This document shows positions 39,101 through 48,123 of a stretch of 64,000 nt of DNA, one piece after another. The position numbers and the translations under genes were made by a program. A model generated the notes under the pieces. That model worked only from the letters and a program-made list of their open reading frames with translations. It made no database searches and had not been told where the DNA came from. The stretch lies in sequence record ON287372.1, one strand, 5' to 3'. The stretch's first letter is position 1; the number at the start of each line of letters is the position of its first letter.

Positions 39101-39812
39101 TCAGGCTATTGATGATTACCAGCGCGTAGCTAAGGCGAACCCGGCTATCTTCAATGGGGCTAAAACCGTTGGTGATTTCCGTCGTAATCTTTCCGCTTAT
39201 CTGAACAAGAATGGCGGACAGTACTTCGATGAGGCTAACTCTTTGTCAAACCGTGCTGCTTCCATGGCGGGTGACCGGACAGAGGGCGCTACGGCAACGA
39301 CCCCTGCACTTCCAGATGTTTCGGTTGCAGACTCCGGGACTACCCCGAGTGTTCCTGCGTTTGACTCTAAAGGGGAACTCCCTAAAGGTTCTACGTTGGG
39401 TAACCCATCATTTACTGGTTCTACCGATACAGTTCCGACTGTACGTGTCCCTGAAACTGTTGCGCCTGAAGTGGCAGCAGCCCAGAGTCAACGTAACGAA
39501 AGCCGAGATCTCCAACGTGCCTCGGTGACTCGTAAACAAGAAGTTGTGAAGGAACGTACCAAGACCGATTTGTCCTCTGCTGATTTTATGAAGAATTCAC
39601 TCGAATATCAACGTTTGACCAGCGAGAACACTAATGGCATCTTGGAGGCGATCACTACCTTCTTGGGTAAAGCCGGTAAGGGTGGCACGGATAATATCCC
39701 AGCCAACTCTAAGAAGAGCGATACGTCGGATCTTCTGAGTCGTACTTCTACGTCAAATGGAATGCCGGTTAAAAGCGGCGGACTACCGTTCGATACGAGA
39801 GTAACGAGATAA
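33171..39812 (+). CDS. Tail tape-measure-like protein with C-terminal lytic transglycosylase (phiKZ gp181-like)
   Basis: 2213 aa, Gly/Ala-rich; SLT motifs AMVAQESGFDPTAKN, SAAGFGQF and LYVAHFLGTGGA. Confidence 0.88.
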   Translation: MAKKEKVDLGRGNEYDFEENWGNDLNYNDLQPDNKSKDRNPTIRVGKTVLREMGKTTLTSTMAREILKGALPPSFSVTLDNVDRAALGTKELMSDVRREAGPAVREFKAAARSVNRLFPKNPLAKKLALWGKENKQNPYSTSNLNVEDAVASRVLDEVFASQENDRLQDQAEKAVDRISELKYRQIVSESLFGIQNELGKQTAYTFNVQRAYQKKSLELRIRNLMVSRAALDVAQKSAVETSNLLRDVVKNTGLPEVVKQRQSEEYMRYAREGIFGKINQSIGEWTRNYRSNITQRAKSAVSRQIQNFQLGMETVNSGLEGMEMQRELLESMGIDPLEFAAGAVGNQAALRGGRWLGKRMKNNRFLKRTDGVFQQANYLFNNRERLLSEYGSSGQTYGRWHSPATNLIKDILRSSYRDQGTVRTTGLNALKDSALGAEDRKLRALEEIIPGYLSRILHSIDGIRTGDSNTPRTVFNQQRGTFTTFKESVEDTHNSLIGKDEIERQRRTMTSLVKSIDPNDTLSNAGKEAIVREMMRRGRTSAAFNPNKLINLNVTGMSESDKATWRSLLISRYGMTQGNDGRYSTNIFTGQNQNLNRDAGLYNYGSNQTVGIFNRAHALANTGGIEALIATGAVKFNNGRWDISPDYYGSRTDNEGVLDGEGGLPGSSSQATSLSSLLNGNTGALGAARFGQLRNYPGPSSINYSARVNGDSPFELARRRQAEKGNVVVSAIEEQTTKLLAQLATQQEFSVHAVGSLADNVELIRSLIESGNFGGGSGGAGAGEAAAAPSAGKGPWWRRALGKAWRGHKAVWNATGIPFRAFNTILRKSISPAMAIGRAGLNVMTGGLSGVLGRARDRFSDVYVQGAEGFKKVLSKENFGTGRYIDQATGKVISSFKDITGAVFDTVEQTQILSAEDVARGLFNKDGKRLSANIFGVVGKVIGGIHRTTGAPFQMATSVARGFLNTAKRLLSRMPDVYVAGERSPRLYSSKLNAGEYYQVSTGKIVRSPKDIVGDIGEMDPTTRQIRPVLLDSEIREKGIVDRSGKPIRSGYGTVGALLGGAVGGAFRLGKELFSLPWRAANGVVNMAGNALGALTGGGRKSRKAADQQTFWLKRIYRLLANQFTGQNPLEGLGDSVDDLRNSGQGAISKMTNWIRSAGKSSIDRANDLKDRLGARAGSWLNRLKEHGGKASDAAKAEKVAKSSEGGWSKLIWMAISGVGAVLGTIKTGLGKFAGWIKDLPKWLMMRKGVDALGDLGDVGGRGKKGGILRKTGRLLGKAGKLAGRGALAAGRFALGGVGTALRVGASVLGGLVSAPGLAIAAAVAGTGYLIYKGWQMYSNRMTPMREYRIAQYGADINDSEQRGKLLALEEAVLKQSTVMPNGGLKIGSLDFESLLESFDVELQNQRQVVEWMRWYNKRFVPVFSKNVQVLKKMDSKAKLTDAEPLEPGQRPQFARETFISRSGEDAPYNISASPFPGKTSIVGPNYPAKYRDAIIEKYADQEKAFKAKTVDNKVKASFADKPVSPVQNALRNLRQNDDRAINPATDLFYSPGDKVSVPGGITGNVQQDEFIQISNRIDDLSSIRVKTYGLNQLVKEDVNLLLVMESELIKQVTYNAKFQATFNGDMEKTFATWSPRFGVNSSDKEAKTNWMTWFQHRFLPTFLNFCAQAKKISPQTSPLDAWKTLKSDDLLKVANFLTGAKTEFNGNTYSAWQVLASPWPGRQVNSDASSVKDNLDSLREQSKKEVYQEKVRTQKEIDKYTFDGKKLSETKTGSAIQRALENQIAIQGSFSGKAADGRTNSYSTSYGTAGTSFENAGTSGMYGNELTHGTGTGGSINDLPQSKGVGWNENKDLIVAVARMVGVDAGALAAMVAQESGFDPTAKNDKSSAAGFGQFINKTWKGILPTLVKKYGVNPNATQMDARANMLATAEYMLQNQKALGSIGRPLTAEDLYVAHFLGTGGARKLLSKPDSFDVSQAIDDYQRVAKANPAIFNGAKTVGDFRRNLSAYLNKNGGQYFDEANSLSNRAASMAGDRTEGATATTPALPDVSVADSGTTPSVPAFDSKGELPKGSTLGNPSFTGSTDTVPTVRVPETVAPEVAAAQSQRNESRDLQRASVTRKQEVVKERTKTDLSSADFMKNSLEYQRLTSENTNGILEAITTFLGKAGKGGTDNIPANSKKSDTSDLLSRTSTSNGMPVKSGGLPFDTRVTR

Positions 39813-39868
39813 CTTAATAATTGGGAGAGGGTAACTCCTCTCCCAGTCTTTTTCATTGAGGACTTAAA

Positions 39869-42037
39869 ATGGCTCTTAATTCTAACGACGTCATCAACGA
39901 TAGCGATTGGATTCGCCAAGGGTTGTTATTACCCGAAGGTGCTATCGAAGAAGACGATATGTATTACCGCACGTTTACGAGCGCCTATTACAAGTTCACT
40001 GACACTACATTAGGTGGCAACTTTGCAATCAATGCTCCACCGCAGTATTGTAACCACGGTGACCCTATCCTGAATCGCTATGTCGATATCGGTGAAGGTA
40101 TGGGACACTTCTATTCTGAGAACATCGATGATAACGCAGTGCTGTTGCACATGCGCTTCGGTATTCCAATCTTCAACTCACTGAGCTCGTTCTTCTCTAA
40201 CTTCTATAGCTCAGATGATTCTCGACTGGTGCGTACTGGTCGTGGGCAGAGTATCGGTACTCTGATTGGTAAGGCATTGGGCTGGGCATTCTCTGTTCGC
40301 TTTGTGCCGTACATCATGACCTTCTCTGCACTTAAATGGTTCAGTGGTACGGTATCTACCAAGTTCTATTATCTGAAGCCACAGATGGGCCTGTACTGGA
40401 AATACGTCAACGACTTTGCTAACACCATTGCTACTAACTTGGACATGGTGGCGCAGCCCGCAGACGCTTGGTTGAAGATGGCAACCACTGCAGACCTGAA
40501 TGGTAAGTCTGCACCTGAGACTGACCCAGGTACAGCTAGCCTGGAAGAAGCTGCTAAACAGGCCTTCCAAGTTGGAGCAAGAGAACGACAGGCTTACGAT
40601 GCGATGATCCCTCCGGTTTATCGTAGTGAGGGACTAACTGGTATTGACGTATACGCCGTAGCATCTCGTGCCCAGGCTTATGCTGATGCGTGGCATAATG
40701 CGGTAAACGAAATTGCCGCTAACAACCAAAGTAATGGCAATGGTGTTGTAGAGGCAATCTATAACTGGATGACTTATGGTGGCGCTAGCGCTACGCTTGG
40801 TCGTGCTCGCCGTAAGGAATACGCTAATACGGAAGATTTCCTGAATGCGTACTTCAAAGAGTCGGATGGGGCTTTACGTCCAGTGGTCAGCACTTCGACT
40901 AACTCTGATGGTAGCGATACTACTTCGAACACCGGGGCTAATACTTCAGGTGGTGAGGCAACTATCGATACCACGGCTCCTGTTACTGCGACTGATGCTA
41001 ATGGGGAAGCAGTAGATGACCCAGGGATGCTCAAATCGTTAGGTAGCAGCATTGAGGCGGCTTATGAGACGGTTAAGGATTACTTCTCTAGCGATACCTT
41101 AGAACGTGCCTTTGCGACGTTTAAAGCTGCTCAGCACGACGGTACGCAATGGGTCAGTTTTCGTATCGATGGTCGTCAATCTGCCAACGAAAGCTTCAGT
41201 AACTCGGTACGTGCCTCCGATCTGGAAAGTGCGATTAACTCGACGTCTGAACGTGCTCGCTCCATGCGATTCAAGTTCGCTGACGGTAACGTATCGGATA
41301 TTCCAGGTATCGGGATGATCATGGATACGATGAAGGATATCGCATCCGGTATTGCTGACTCACTCCATATCTCTGGATTGGGTGTATTGGCAGGTAACGC
41401 CTTTGCTGATATTCCTAAGCACTACGATACGTCCAGTGCAACCTTTAACCAGATGTCAATTACCATTCCTCTTCGTGCGTGGTGTGCGGACAACGTAGTT
41501 CGCTTCCAGAATGAGATCTTGCCACTGGTGATGTTGTTGACTGGCGTACTACCTCGTGCTACTGGTGCGGCTACTTACGGACAACCATTCATTGGTGAGT
41601 TCTACTGCCAAGGTCGTTGCTCCATTCCATTGGGGATGATCACTGCGGTTGATATCACTCGTGCTACATCTAACTTACCATGGACTAAGAACGGTGAGTA
41701 TCTGGGTGTGGATGTCCGTTTGACAATTACCGATCTGTCTTCGGTAATGTCGATGCCGATGAACGAAGCATTTGGCTTGCGTAGCTTCGATCCAACTAAC
41801 TGGAGTCGTATGTTGTTCCCTCAGGATTCGTCCTATGGTTCTTACACAAGCGTACTCTCTAGTTTGGATCTGCAGACTCAGGTTTACATGTTGAGTCGCT
41901 TCAAACGTAACTGGAACCGTAACCTGGCTGCGTTCGATAAGTTCTTCTCGTACAGTAACGTCGTTAACACTGTCTTCTCGGGTAATGCGCTGGGATCTTT
42001 GCTCTCTGCGTTCTCTCGTACCGACCGTGGGCTATAA
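39869..42037 (+). CDS. Tail/baseplate structural protein (phiKZ gp182-like position)
   Basis: 722 aa directly after the gp181-like gene; GAGG RBS. Confidence 0.7.
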   Translation: MALNSNDVINDSDWIRQGLLLPEGAIEEDDMYYRTFTSAYYKFTDTTLGGNFAINAPPQYCNHGDPILNRYVDIGEGMGHFYSENIDDNAVLLHMRFGIPIFNSLSSFFSNFYSSDDSRLVRTGRGQSIGTLIGKALGWAFSVRFVPYIMTFSALKWFSGTVSTKFYYLKPQMGLYWKYVNDFANTIATNLDMVAQPADAWLKMATTADLNGKSAPETDPGTASLEEAAKQAFQVGARERQAYDAMIPPVYRSEGLTGIDVYAVASRAQAYADAWHNAVNEIAANNQSNGNGVVEAIYNWMTYGGASATLGRARRKEYANTEDFLNAYFKESDGALRPVVSTSTNSDGSDTTSNTGANTSGGEATIDTTAPVTATDANGEAVDDPGMLKSLGSSIEAAYETVKDYFSSDTLERAFATFKAAQHDGTQWVSFRIDGRQSANESFSNSVRASDLESAINSTSERARSMRFKFADGNVSDIPGIGMIMDTMKDIASGIADSLHISGLGVLAGNAFADIPKHYDTSSATFNQMSITIPLRAWCADNVVRFQNEILPLVMLLTGVLPRATGAATYGQPFIGEFYCQGRCSIPLGMITAVDITRATSNLPWTKNGEYLGVDVRLTITDLSSVMSMPMNEAFGLRSFDPTNWSRMLFPQDSSYGSYTSVLSSLDLQTQVYMLSRFKRNWNRNLAAFDKFFSYSNVVNTVFSGNALGSLLSAFSRTDRGL

Positions 42038-42050
42038 CAGCACAAAAAAA

Positions 42051-42076
42051 AAAGAAAGGGCGAAAGCCCTTTCTTT
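42051..42076. terminator. Bidirectional terminator between convergent genes
   Basis: aaagaaaggg-cgaaag-ccctttcttt with flanking A/T runs. Confidence 0.7.
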
Positions 42077-42087
42077 GTGTCCCCTTT

Positions 42088-42531
42088 TCAGGAGACACGA
42101 CCTGCCCAATCTTTCTTGGGCCAATTACGCATACGCCAATAAATGGTGTGTGCTGACAGATTAAACTTAGCGGCAAACTCAGGTACTGTGTACAGAATAC
42201 CTTCCCACTCAATCTTCTTAGAATTAGAACGAATGGAGTATGGACGGTTCTTAGCGTATTGCGCTCCTTTAGGTCCGATCCAAACGATATTACCCGGCTC
42301 GAATTTACGCATCTGATCGAGTCTGTGAAGCGCGTACTCTTTACACGGGGGTTCGCCCACATCGTTCAAGAAAATGTCGTAGGACTCTAACCAAGGCGCG
42401 TGAGTCTCACTAAAGTACTTCACTGAGAGTTTGCACCACTCTTTGTAACTACTCCGACTAGTTTTAACTTCCAAGTCAGTCAATTTCTTTGCACTAGCTT
42501 TACGTAATAATTCTTCAACAAAACTGCTCAC
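42088..42531 (-). CDS. Degenerate free-standing HNH-like endonuclease/DNA-binding protein
   Basis: WLESYDIFLNDVGEPP...LHRLD...FEPGNIVW plus IEWEGILYTVPEFA helix-turn-helix tail. Confidence 0.65.
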   Translation of the reverse strand: MSSFVEELLRKASAKKLTDLEVKTSRSSYKEWCKLSVKYFSETHAPWLESYDIFLNDVGEPPCKEYALHRLDQMRKFEPGNIVWIGPKGAQYAKNRPYSIRSNSKKIEWEGILYTVPEFAAKFNLSAHTIYWRMRNWPKKDWAGRVS

Positions 42532-42545
42532 GATAGATCTCCTTA

Positions 42546-42947
42546 TTAATGGATAGTCGGAAGTACAAATGTCCCATTACCGATTACTAGAACTTCATCT
42601 GTTCCGTTACTACGACTGATAGTAATCGTATTACCTACTCTGGTATCTACCCGCATCAATACCAACTTAATATCGACGTAATCTTCTTTACCTTTAAAGT
42701 AACGATTCATGAGGTGTGCGGTCACGAATTTAGTGCAGTCTTCCGGTCCCAGTGGCCTATAGTTTTCCAGTTTGATCATTAACATGGAACGCATTGGCTC
42801 TTCTGAATAAGATCGGTCATCGAGGTAGGCTAAGAAGTAATCTTGCTTTTCTTTAATCTCGTAAAGAGAATTAAGCTCAGTAAAGATTGCCTTTTGATCA
42901 CCTAACTCGAATGTGTTGTAATGGACAATTAATGTTTTCTGTTCCAT
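42546..42947 (-). CDS. Hypothetical protein
   Basis: 133 aa, coupled to both neighbours. Confidence 0.65.
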   Translation of the reverse strand: MEQKTLIVHYNTFELGDQKAIFTELNSLYEIKEKQDYFLAYLDDRSYSEEPMRSMLMIKLENYRPLGPEDCTKFVTAHLMNRYFKGKEDYVDIKLVLMRVDTRVGNTITISRSNGTDEVLVIGNGTFVLPTIH

Positions 42948-42949
42948 GA

Positions 42950-43534
42950 CTATTTCCGGATGGCTTCGAGGAGGGTCTTCCCTTTGCGTAACCGCTCGTA
43001 GATTGTACCTTCAGAGATTGATAAACGACGGGAAAGCTCTGGTATGGTTTCGTTAGTTTCGGGATGACGATGTTTAGTGTTGTAGTAAAAAATCTTTCGT
43101 TTTCCCTCTGGCATTTTCGCCCACTCACAGTTTTCCTTGTTGTAAGGCAAGTCTTTGTCAATGCGATTTAAGTACCAGCCTTTCCCAGGCTTCTTACCCA
43201 AATCAGCAACGAAGTTATCGAACTCACTCCAGCGAGGATCGACCTGTTCGATACCGTTACCTTCTGCTGCATAAAAGGTTCGGTTGTAAATCAAATTGTA
43301 CCATGCTGCGTACGTTACGTTTCCATTCTTCACGTAAGTACCTCGACTCTTATTAGAATCGCGCTTCAGGCAGCCGCAGGACTGTTTACGTCCACCGGTT
43401 AAGTTACTAGTGGATGAATAAGTGATCTCCCCACAGGAGCACTTACAGATCCATCTTTCGTGCCCTGTCTTACCAGACAAACCAAGAACAGTTAAACGAC
43501 CATAAACGTTATCAGTTAAATCGTACTTATCCAT
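42950..43534 (-). CDS. Free-standing HNH-like homing endonuclease
   Basis: DLTDNVYGRLTVL...WICKCSCG...SCGC; FDNFVADLG...LNRID...YNKENCEWA; C-terminal HTH. Confidence 0.75.
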   Translation of the reverse strand: MDKYDLTDNVYGRLTVLGLSGKTGHERWICKCSCGEITYSSTSNLTGGRKQSCGCLKRDSNKSRGTYVKNGNVTYAAWYNLIYNRTFYAAEGNGIEQVDPRWSEFDNFVADLGKKPGKGWYLNRIDKDLPYNKENCEWAKMPEGKRKIFYYNTKHRHPETNETIPELSRRLSISEGTIYERLRKGKTLLEAIRK

Positions 43535-43599
43535 TTTATTTCCTTATTCAATGAGTGAACATAAACCCTCCTCTCCGTTTTAAGGAGAGGAGGGACTTA

Positions 43600-44670
43600 T
43601 TAACTAAATGCACCCGAAGGATACATACCCCGAGCTAAGACGTTTATATCCTGATTCGGATAATGGTCAATGACTTTGATCTGATAGGCGTATTTGCTTC
43701 TCGATCCAAGTACTGCCTTCGCTTTACTCGATGCGTCTCTGAATACAGAGATGTTGTTCTTCAAGTAAGGTGCAGAAACTGCATCGTTCCATTGAGGGTT
43801 GATGTAGTTAAGCGTGTCGATTAATAGATCCGCCTGTTCCCCGTACTCGTTAGGTGTTGTGCCTACCGGGTAAGTGTAGTTAGCCAAGATCTCGTTGACG
43901 ACGTTAGGATGTCTGACCAATACGTAGTCAGCTCCCAAGTTTTTAACGATACAACTGATGGTACGGATATCACCCGTTACCAATGCTTCATCAAGTCCAT
44001 CAGACAAAGAACGCATCAGTATAGGGTTACCTGGGTCTGACTGGTATACGCCATCGATAACGTTGGTTAACCCCAGATATGAAGAGTTCTGGAGAATACT
44101 CCCTTTCAGAGAGTCGTTAGCGAATTTGTCTACGATGTTGTCATAAGTCGACTTACCATCGTAAAGCAGGCGGTTGACTGAATCGATGAAGTCATTAACT
44201 ACGTTACCGTAGGTACCCGCAGTGACGCCGTATTTGACGCCATTGATGGTACTGAAGGTATCGTTGACAGCTTGGTTGATATCATTGAGCGTTGTGGTAG
44301 CTGCACCAATAACGCTGTCTGAAATCCCTCTGATGGAATTGATGTTAGTACCAATCTCATCCGAAAGCTGTTTAGTTAATGAGGTAGCGTTGTCTTTGAT
44401 TCCTTTCGCTGATTCTAACGCCGAGTTCACCGAACCTAAGTCAAGGAAAGATGTATTCAACAACCAGTCCTTGGTTGCACCCAAACGATCCAGAATACCG
44501 TTACGCATGTTACTCAGAACTTGCGTTTGGGTTTTACCGTAACCGTCAACTGCCACCAAGCTATCATCGACTGAGGTGGAGAATATGGATGAGGAAGTCT
44601 CTGCGATGTCGCGAACTTCACTTGCACTATCCTTGACCGAGCTCTTGAATGCATCTAAAGTAAGGGACAT
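43600..44670 (-). CDS. Probable virion structural protein
   Basis: 356 aa, Ser/Thr/Asn-rich; no catalytic motif seen. Confidence 0.6.
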   Translation of the reverse strand: MSLTLDAFKSSVKDSASEVRDIAETSSSIFSTSVDDSLVAVDGYGKTQTQVLSNMRNGILDRLGATKDWLLNTSFLDLGSVNSALESAKGIKDNATSLTKQLSDEIGTNINSIRGISDSVIGAATTTLNDINQAVNDTFSTINGVKYGVTAGTYGNVVNDFIDSVNRLLYDGKSTYDNIVDKFANDSLKGSILQNSSYLGLTNVIDGVYQSDPGNPILMRSLSDGLDEALVTGDIRTISCIVKNLGADYVLVRHPNVVNEILANYTYPVGTTPNEYGEQADLLIDTLNYINPQWNDAVSAPYLKNNISVFRDASSKAKAVLGSRSKYAYQIKVIDHYPNQDINVLARGMYPSGAFS

Positions 44671-44942
44671 TATTTACTCCCAGACAACAACCGGGTAAAG
44701 AAACCGCGGAACCCTGTAGTCTTTGGTTGATAGCTGATGTGGATCAGATCATTACTGAAACTGACAACATCGGCGATTGCCTTGATCTTCTCTTCACGAC
44801 TGGCCAGAGTAGACATGATTTGTTTAATTATTCTTTCCATGAATAAAGCAGTGTCGGCTTTCGTCGGGTTACTTTCCATGAAAGGTTTCACTTGTCCGTA
44901 AACATCATCCATCAAGGCTTGGGTATTGAAAGGTTTAGCCAT
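44670..44942 (-). CDS. Hypothetical protein
   Basis: 90 aa; GAGG RBS; stop overlaps the next start. Confidence 0.65.
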   Translation of the reverse strand: MAKPFNTQALMDDVYGQVKPFMESNPTKADTALFMERIIKQIMSTLASREEKIKAIADVVSFSNDLIHISYQPKTTGFRGFFTRLLSGSK

Positions 44943-45030
44943 CGGAATAGTCCTCGTTGTAAGTGCATATGAAACGAAGACTTAGGGGAATAGGGTGAAA
45001 TAAAGAGAGGCTTTCGCCCCTCTTTTATTT

Positions 45031-45789
45031 TCACTCGTCGGCGTCGTTATCGCCCGCGATGTACAGATGATTACCTTCCATTCTGACTTCATGGTAAGTA
45101 ATCTGTTCACCTGGGAACTCGAGCTCTAACGTGAGGTAAATCTGAGCTGGGTTTATTACCTTCAGCCCTTTAGTGAAAATCTTTGAAGACATGTCAGGGT
45201 TATTTAACCCACGGTTGACATTGGAACGCTCGCTGCTACGCAACTTGTTTTTATCATCGAAGTCATTACTGGGGTCTTCCAGATAAGTCTTCATGCAACG
45301 ATTCCAATCTTCTTCCGTAGGCGTTACCGTCTTACGGATGTCAAGGAACAGCTGATGTAAAACATTGAGCCGCGTTGGGTATTTTTCATTGTGGTAATGC
45401 TGGTAGAGGTCTTCCGTGTCCATCTCAACTTTATGGGAAGTTTTACTCCCATCAAGATGCACTAAGAGAATAGTGAATTTAAGATGCTTTGGATTCAGCA
45501 CCCTCATTCCCTTGATAAAGACCTTAATAGACATCTCAGGGTGAGTCAAACCTCTGTTAAGGTTAGACCGTTCTGATGAACGACCGCGAGATGTTTGGGT
45601 TACCTCGTTACGGGGATCTTTAAGATACCGGTTCATGAGGTTAGACCACATAGCTGAGTTTATCGCGAGATCACCTTTGACCTTCCGGAACATCAGTGCC
45701 AACAGATTCATAGGTCCGTTGTACTCATGGTCGGAGATCCGGTGAGTTTCTTCAGCCGTGCGAAACCGGAGGGGCAGTCCAGGACGCAT
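45031..45789 (-). CDS. Hypothetical protein made of two tandem homologous domains
   Basis: RSSERSNLNRGLTHPEMSIKVFIKGMRVLNP versus RSSERSNVNRGLNNPDMSSKIFTKGLKVINP. Confidence 0.8.
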   Translation of the reverse strand: MRPGLPLRFRTAEETHRISDHEYNGPMNLLALMFRKVKGDLAINSAMWSNLMNRYLKDPRNEVTQTSRGRSSERSNLNRGLTHPEMSIKVFIKGMRVLNPKHLKFTILLVHLDGSKTSHKVEMDTEDLYQHYHNEKYPTRLNVLHQLFLDIRKTVTPTEEDWNRCMKTYLEDPSNDFDDKNKLRSSERSNVNRGLNNPDMSSKIFTKGLKVINPAQIYLTLELEFPGEQITYHEVRMEGNHLYIAGDNDADE

Positions 45790-45807
45790 GTATAATACCT
45801 TTTAAAA

Positions 45808-46320
45808 TTAACCGTATTTACGTAAGTGCAATTCAGCCAACGTTAAGCAATCGCAATGAATGGTGTATAATAAATCAAGATACACCCGATAGCGAGTTTT
45901 GTTGATGCGGTCTTTTACATCACCAAGATATTCTACGTTGGTTTGCACAAGCGTTGTTATCGCCTTAATAAAAGCATAATAATCAAGACGGTTTTTCTCA
46001 TCATCCACAAGCCACGACCGGAGCTCCTTTTTACCAAAGTTACTCAGTCTGCTGAAGTGTTCAAACTCCTCAGCATTACGGATAGCCATGTTGGCAACCC
46101 TGAGCTTCTCCAGTAAGAAGTATGGTTCATGGTGCATCTGGATGAGTGTTCCATTGATACTTAATGCATCTTGGGAATCGTCGAGAACAGAACTGACTGC
46201 TTCAAATACAACTCGGATAGTTTCTGGTTCAAATTCAATTTCTCCTTCTGGGGAGCTCAGAAGCGCTAATGCTTTGTTTACCTTACGTTTGCGCATGAAC
46301 TCGTTGATGAACGAAAACAT
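45808..46320 (-). CDS. Hypothetical protein
   Basis: 170 aa; GAGGA RBS; downstream of TATATTAC. Confidence 0.75.
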   Translation of the reverse strand: MFSFINEFMRKRKVNKALALLSSPEGEIEFEPETIRVVFEAVSSVLDDSQDALSINGTLIQMHHEPYFLLEKLRVANMAIRNAEEFEHFSRLSNFGKKELRSWLVDDEKNRLDYYAFIKAITTLVQTNVEYLGDVKDRINKTRYRVYLDLLYTIHCDCLTLAELHLRKYG

Positions 46321-46357
46321 GGTAGTTTCCTCACTTTAGATTTAATATGCCTATCAA

Positions 46358-46372
46358 TAGTGTAATATATGC
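46358..46372 (-). promoter_or_regulatory. Putative early promoter (TATATTAC)
   Basis: gcatatattacact on the minus strand about 40 nt upstream of ATG 46320; matches the phiKZ early TATTAC core. Confidence 0.55.
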
Positions 46373-46382
46373 TTAAATAAAA

Positions 46383-46904
46383 ATGGAGCTGAGTATGTCA
46401 GGATATGAACAAGTTCAATCCTTCGAAGAAGTAAAGGAAGGGGAATTCCAATCCTCACGTGTCTCCGAAGGCTTCCCTACTAACGACGATGATCGTTTAG
46501 AGTTTACCCAATCCATCCGTATGATGGCTGTCAATCAGTTAATCGAGGGCGGTAAGGTCCCTACTGATAAAGACAGTATCAACAGCCTTTCTAAGTTGCT
46601 CGATGGTATAGACAAACAAGCCATCGGTAAGAAACGTATTCAGGTGGCAGATAAAGCCAATGAGAACGATGAGCGTATTGCGCATCTCCTTGAGGAAATG
46701 TCTACGCGTGTTGTTCGTGGCGAAGTCCCCATTGCCGATATCTACAAAGGCAAGCCGGCGCGAGATGATCGCGTGTTCTCTCTGAACATGGCTAACGACT
46801 TTGACGATATCGATGATTCCGAATTGGTCATCGATAAGAAAGAAGAAAGCTCTACTGAGTTCTTCGAGCGTATGGAAAACCAACACGAAGACCTGCGTAA
46901 GTAG
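46383..46904 (+). CDS. Hypothetical acidic protein (likely start ATG 46395)
   Basis: Open frame with GGAG RBS before MSGYEQ; ends at a hairpin. Confidence 0.75.
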   Translation: MELSMSGYEQVQSFEEVKEGEFQSSRVSEGFPTNDDDRLEFTQSIRMMAVNQLIEGGKVPTDKDSINSLSKLLDGIDKQAIGKKRIQVADKANENDERIAHLLEEMSTRVVRGEVPIADIYKGKPARDDRVFSLNMANDFDDIDDSELVIDKKEESSTEFFERMENQHEDLRK

Positions 46905-46943
46905 GCAACAAGGCTGGAGGGCTTTGTCCCTCCAGCTATGACG

Positions 46944-47666
46944 TTAAAACGGGCTGTTGAAATACTCAGTACTGATATACCGCACTGACATCGATGGAGA
47001 GACGTATTGCTCAGCTAACCGATGTACGTCGTCAATAACCCCTTTGAATAAAGCGAAGTCTTCTACGTCAGGCTTCTGTTGGAACAATTGAGGACCAATC
47101 AATTCCAACTTCAACATGTTATATTCTTCATCTGTATTCAAGTGAAGATCGATCCAGTCCACCATATCGTAATTGATAAAGTGAGTGAAGCTCTCAGTCA
47201 CAAACTTAGGGGTAACTAACTTAGGCGCTCTACGAATAAAGCCGATTGGGATATTGGGCGGCACGAGGTGAGAGAACAATTTAACGAAGGTTGCCTTTAC
47301 ATTCGACGAAAGGGAGTACGGCCATTCGTTAATAACGATTTCCATATTCGCTTTACCGACTTCTGCCCTCGGTCCTTTGTCTGCATCCAATGCAACTTCC
47401 AGGATAACGTTAACGAGCTTAGACCGGATGGACTTCTTCAGCGTTTCGTTATCCCGCTTAGCGTATTCCCTACGCCATTGTTCTTCAGTAATCCCCAACC
47501 CTTCCCAAATAACCCATTCGCCACGGCGACGACCATAACCAGTTTTGATTAGGTCGATAGCTCTTGCATGATTGATTTTCAATGCAGTAGCGTAACGCGT
47601 GTCGAACAGGTCATCCATATTGAGTAAGATCTTAATACGGTCCATCGTTCTCCTTCCATATCTCAA
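46944..47666 (-). CDS. Hypothetical protein, possible degenerate HAD-like fold
   Basis: ILLNMDDLFDTR resembles HAD motif I with the first Asp replaced by Asn. Confidence 0.6.
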   Translation of the reverse strand: MRYGRRTMDRIKILLNMDDLFDTRYATALKINHARAIDLIKTGYGRRRGEWVIWEGLGITEEQWRREYAKRDNETLKKSIRSKLVNVILEVALDADKGPRAEVGKANMEIVINEWPYSLSSNVKATFVKLFSHLVPPNIPIGFIRRAPKLVTPKFVTESFTHFINYDMVDWIDLHLNTDEEYNMLKLELIGPQLFQQKPDVEDFALFKGVIDDVHRLAEQYVSPSMSVRYISTEYFNSPF

Positions 47667-48123
47667 CCAGACCCAGAGCCATTAAAGGCAGAACCCAGAT
47701 GTTATCTCGATACAGAGTAGAGACGTCCTCAAATGACGCTTGCCAGTGAGTGTCATCGGTCGGTAACACGTTCAGGCTAGGTTTTCCTGCCATAGACCCA
47801 GTGCGTCCCCAGGAGCCGCTACAGTTCGCTGCAGCCATAGAGTCAGCAATCGCATACAACTCATCTTTGGTGAAGATGGCGAGTGCGGAATAACGCATAC
47901 CCATGACGTACTCGGTGAGTTCCTCGTAAGTCATCATCTCTTTGGCGATGGTGCTCAGAGTCTCAGTAGTAGTCATCGTATAAATACGCGACATGGCAGC
48001 AAAGCGGCTAGCGAAACTTGCTATCCGATTAATAGTCTGCTCGTCACTACTGAAACGTTCCATATAGCGTTCATGGTAGTCTTTAACTTGACCGGCTAAA
48101 AGTTCCAGATGTTCTTTAATCAT
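47632..48123 (-). CDS. Hypothetical protein
   Basis: 163 aa, overlapping both neighbours. Confidence 0.7.
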   Translation of the reverse strand: MIKEHLELLAGQVKDYHERYMERFSSDEQTINRIASFASRFAAMSRIYTMTTTETLSTIAKEMMTYEELTEYVMGMRYSALAIFTKDELYAIADSMAAANCSGSWGRTGSMAGKPSLNVLPTDDTHWQASFEDVSTLYRDNIWVLPLMALGLVEIWKENDGPY

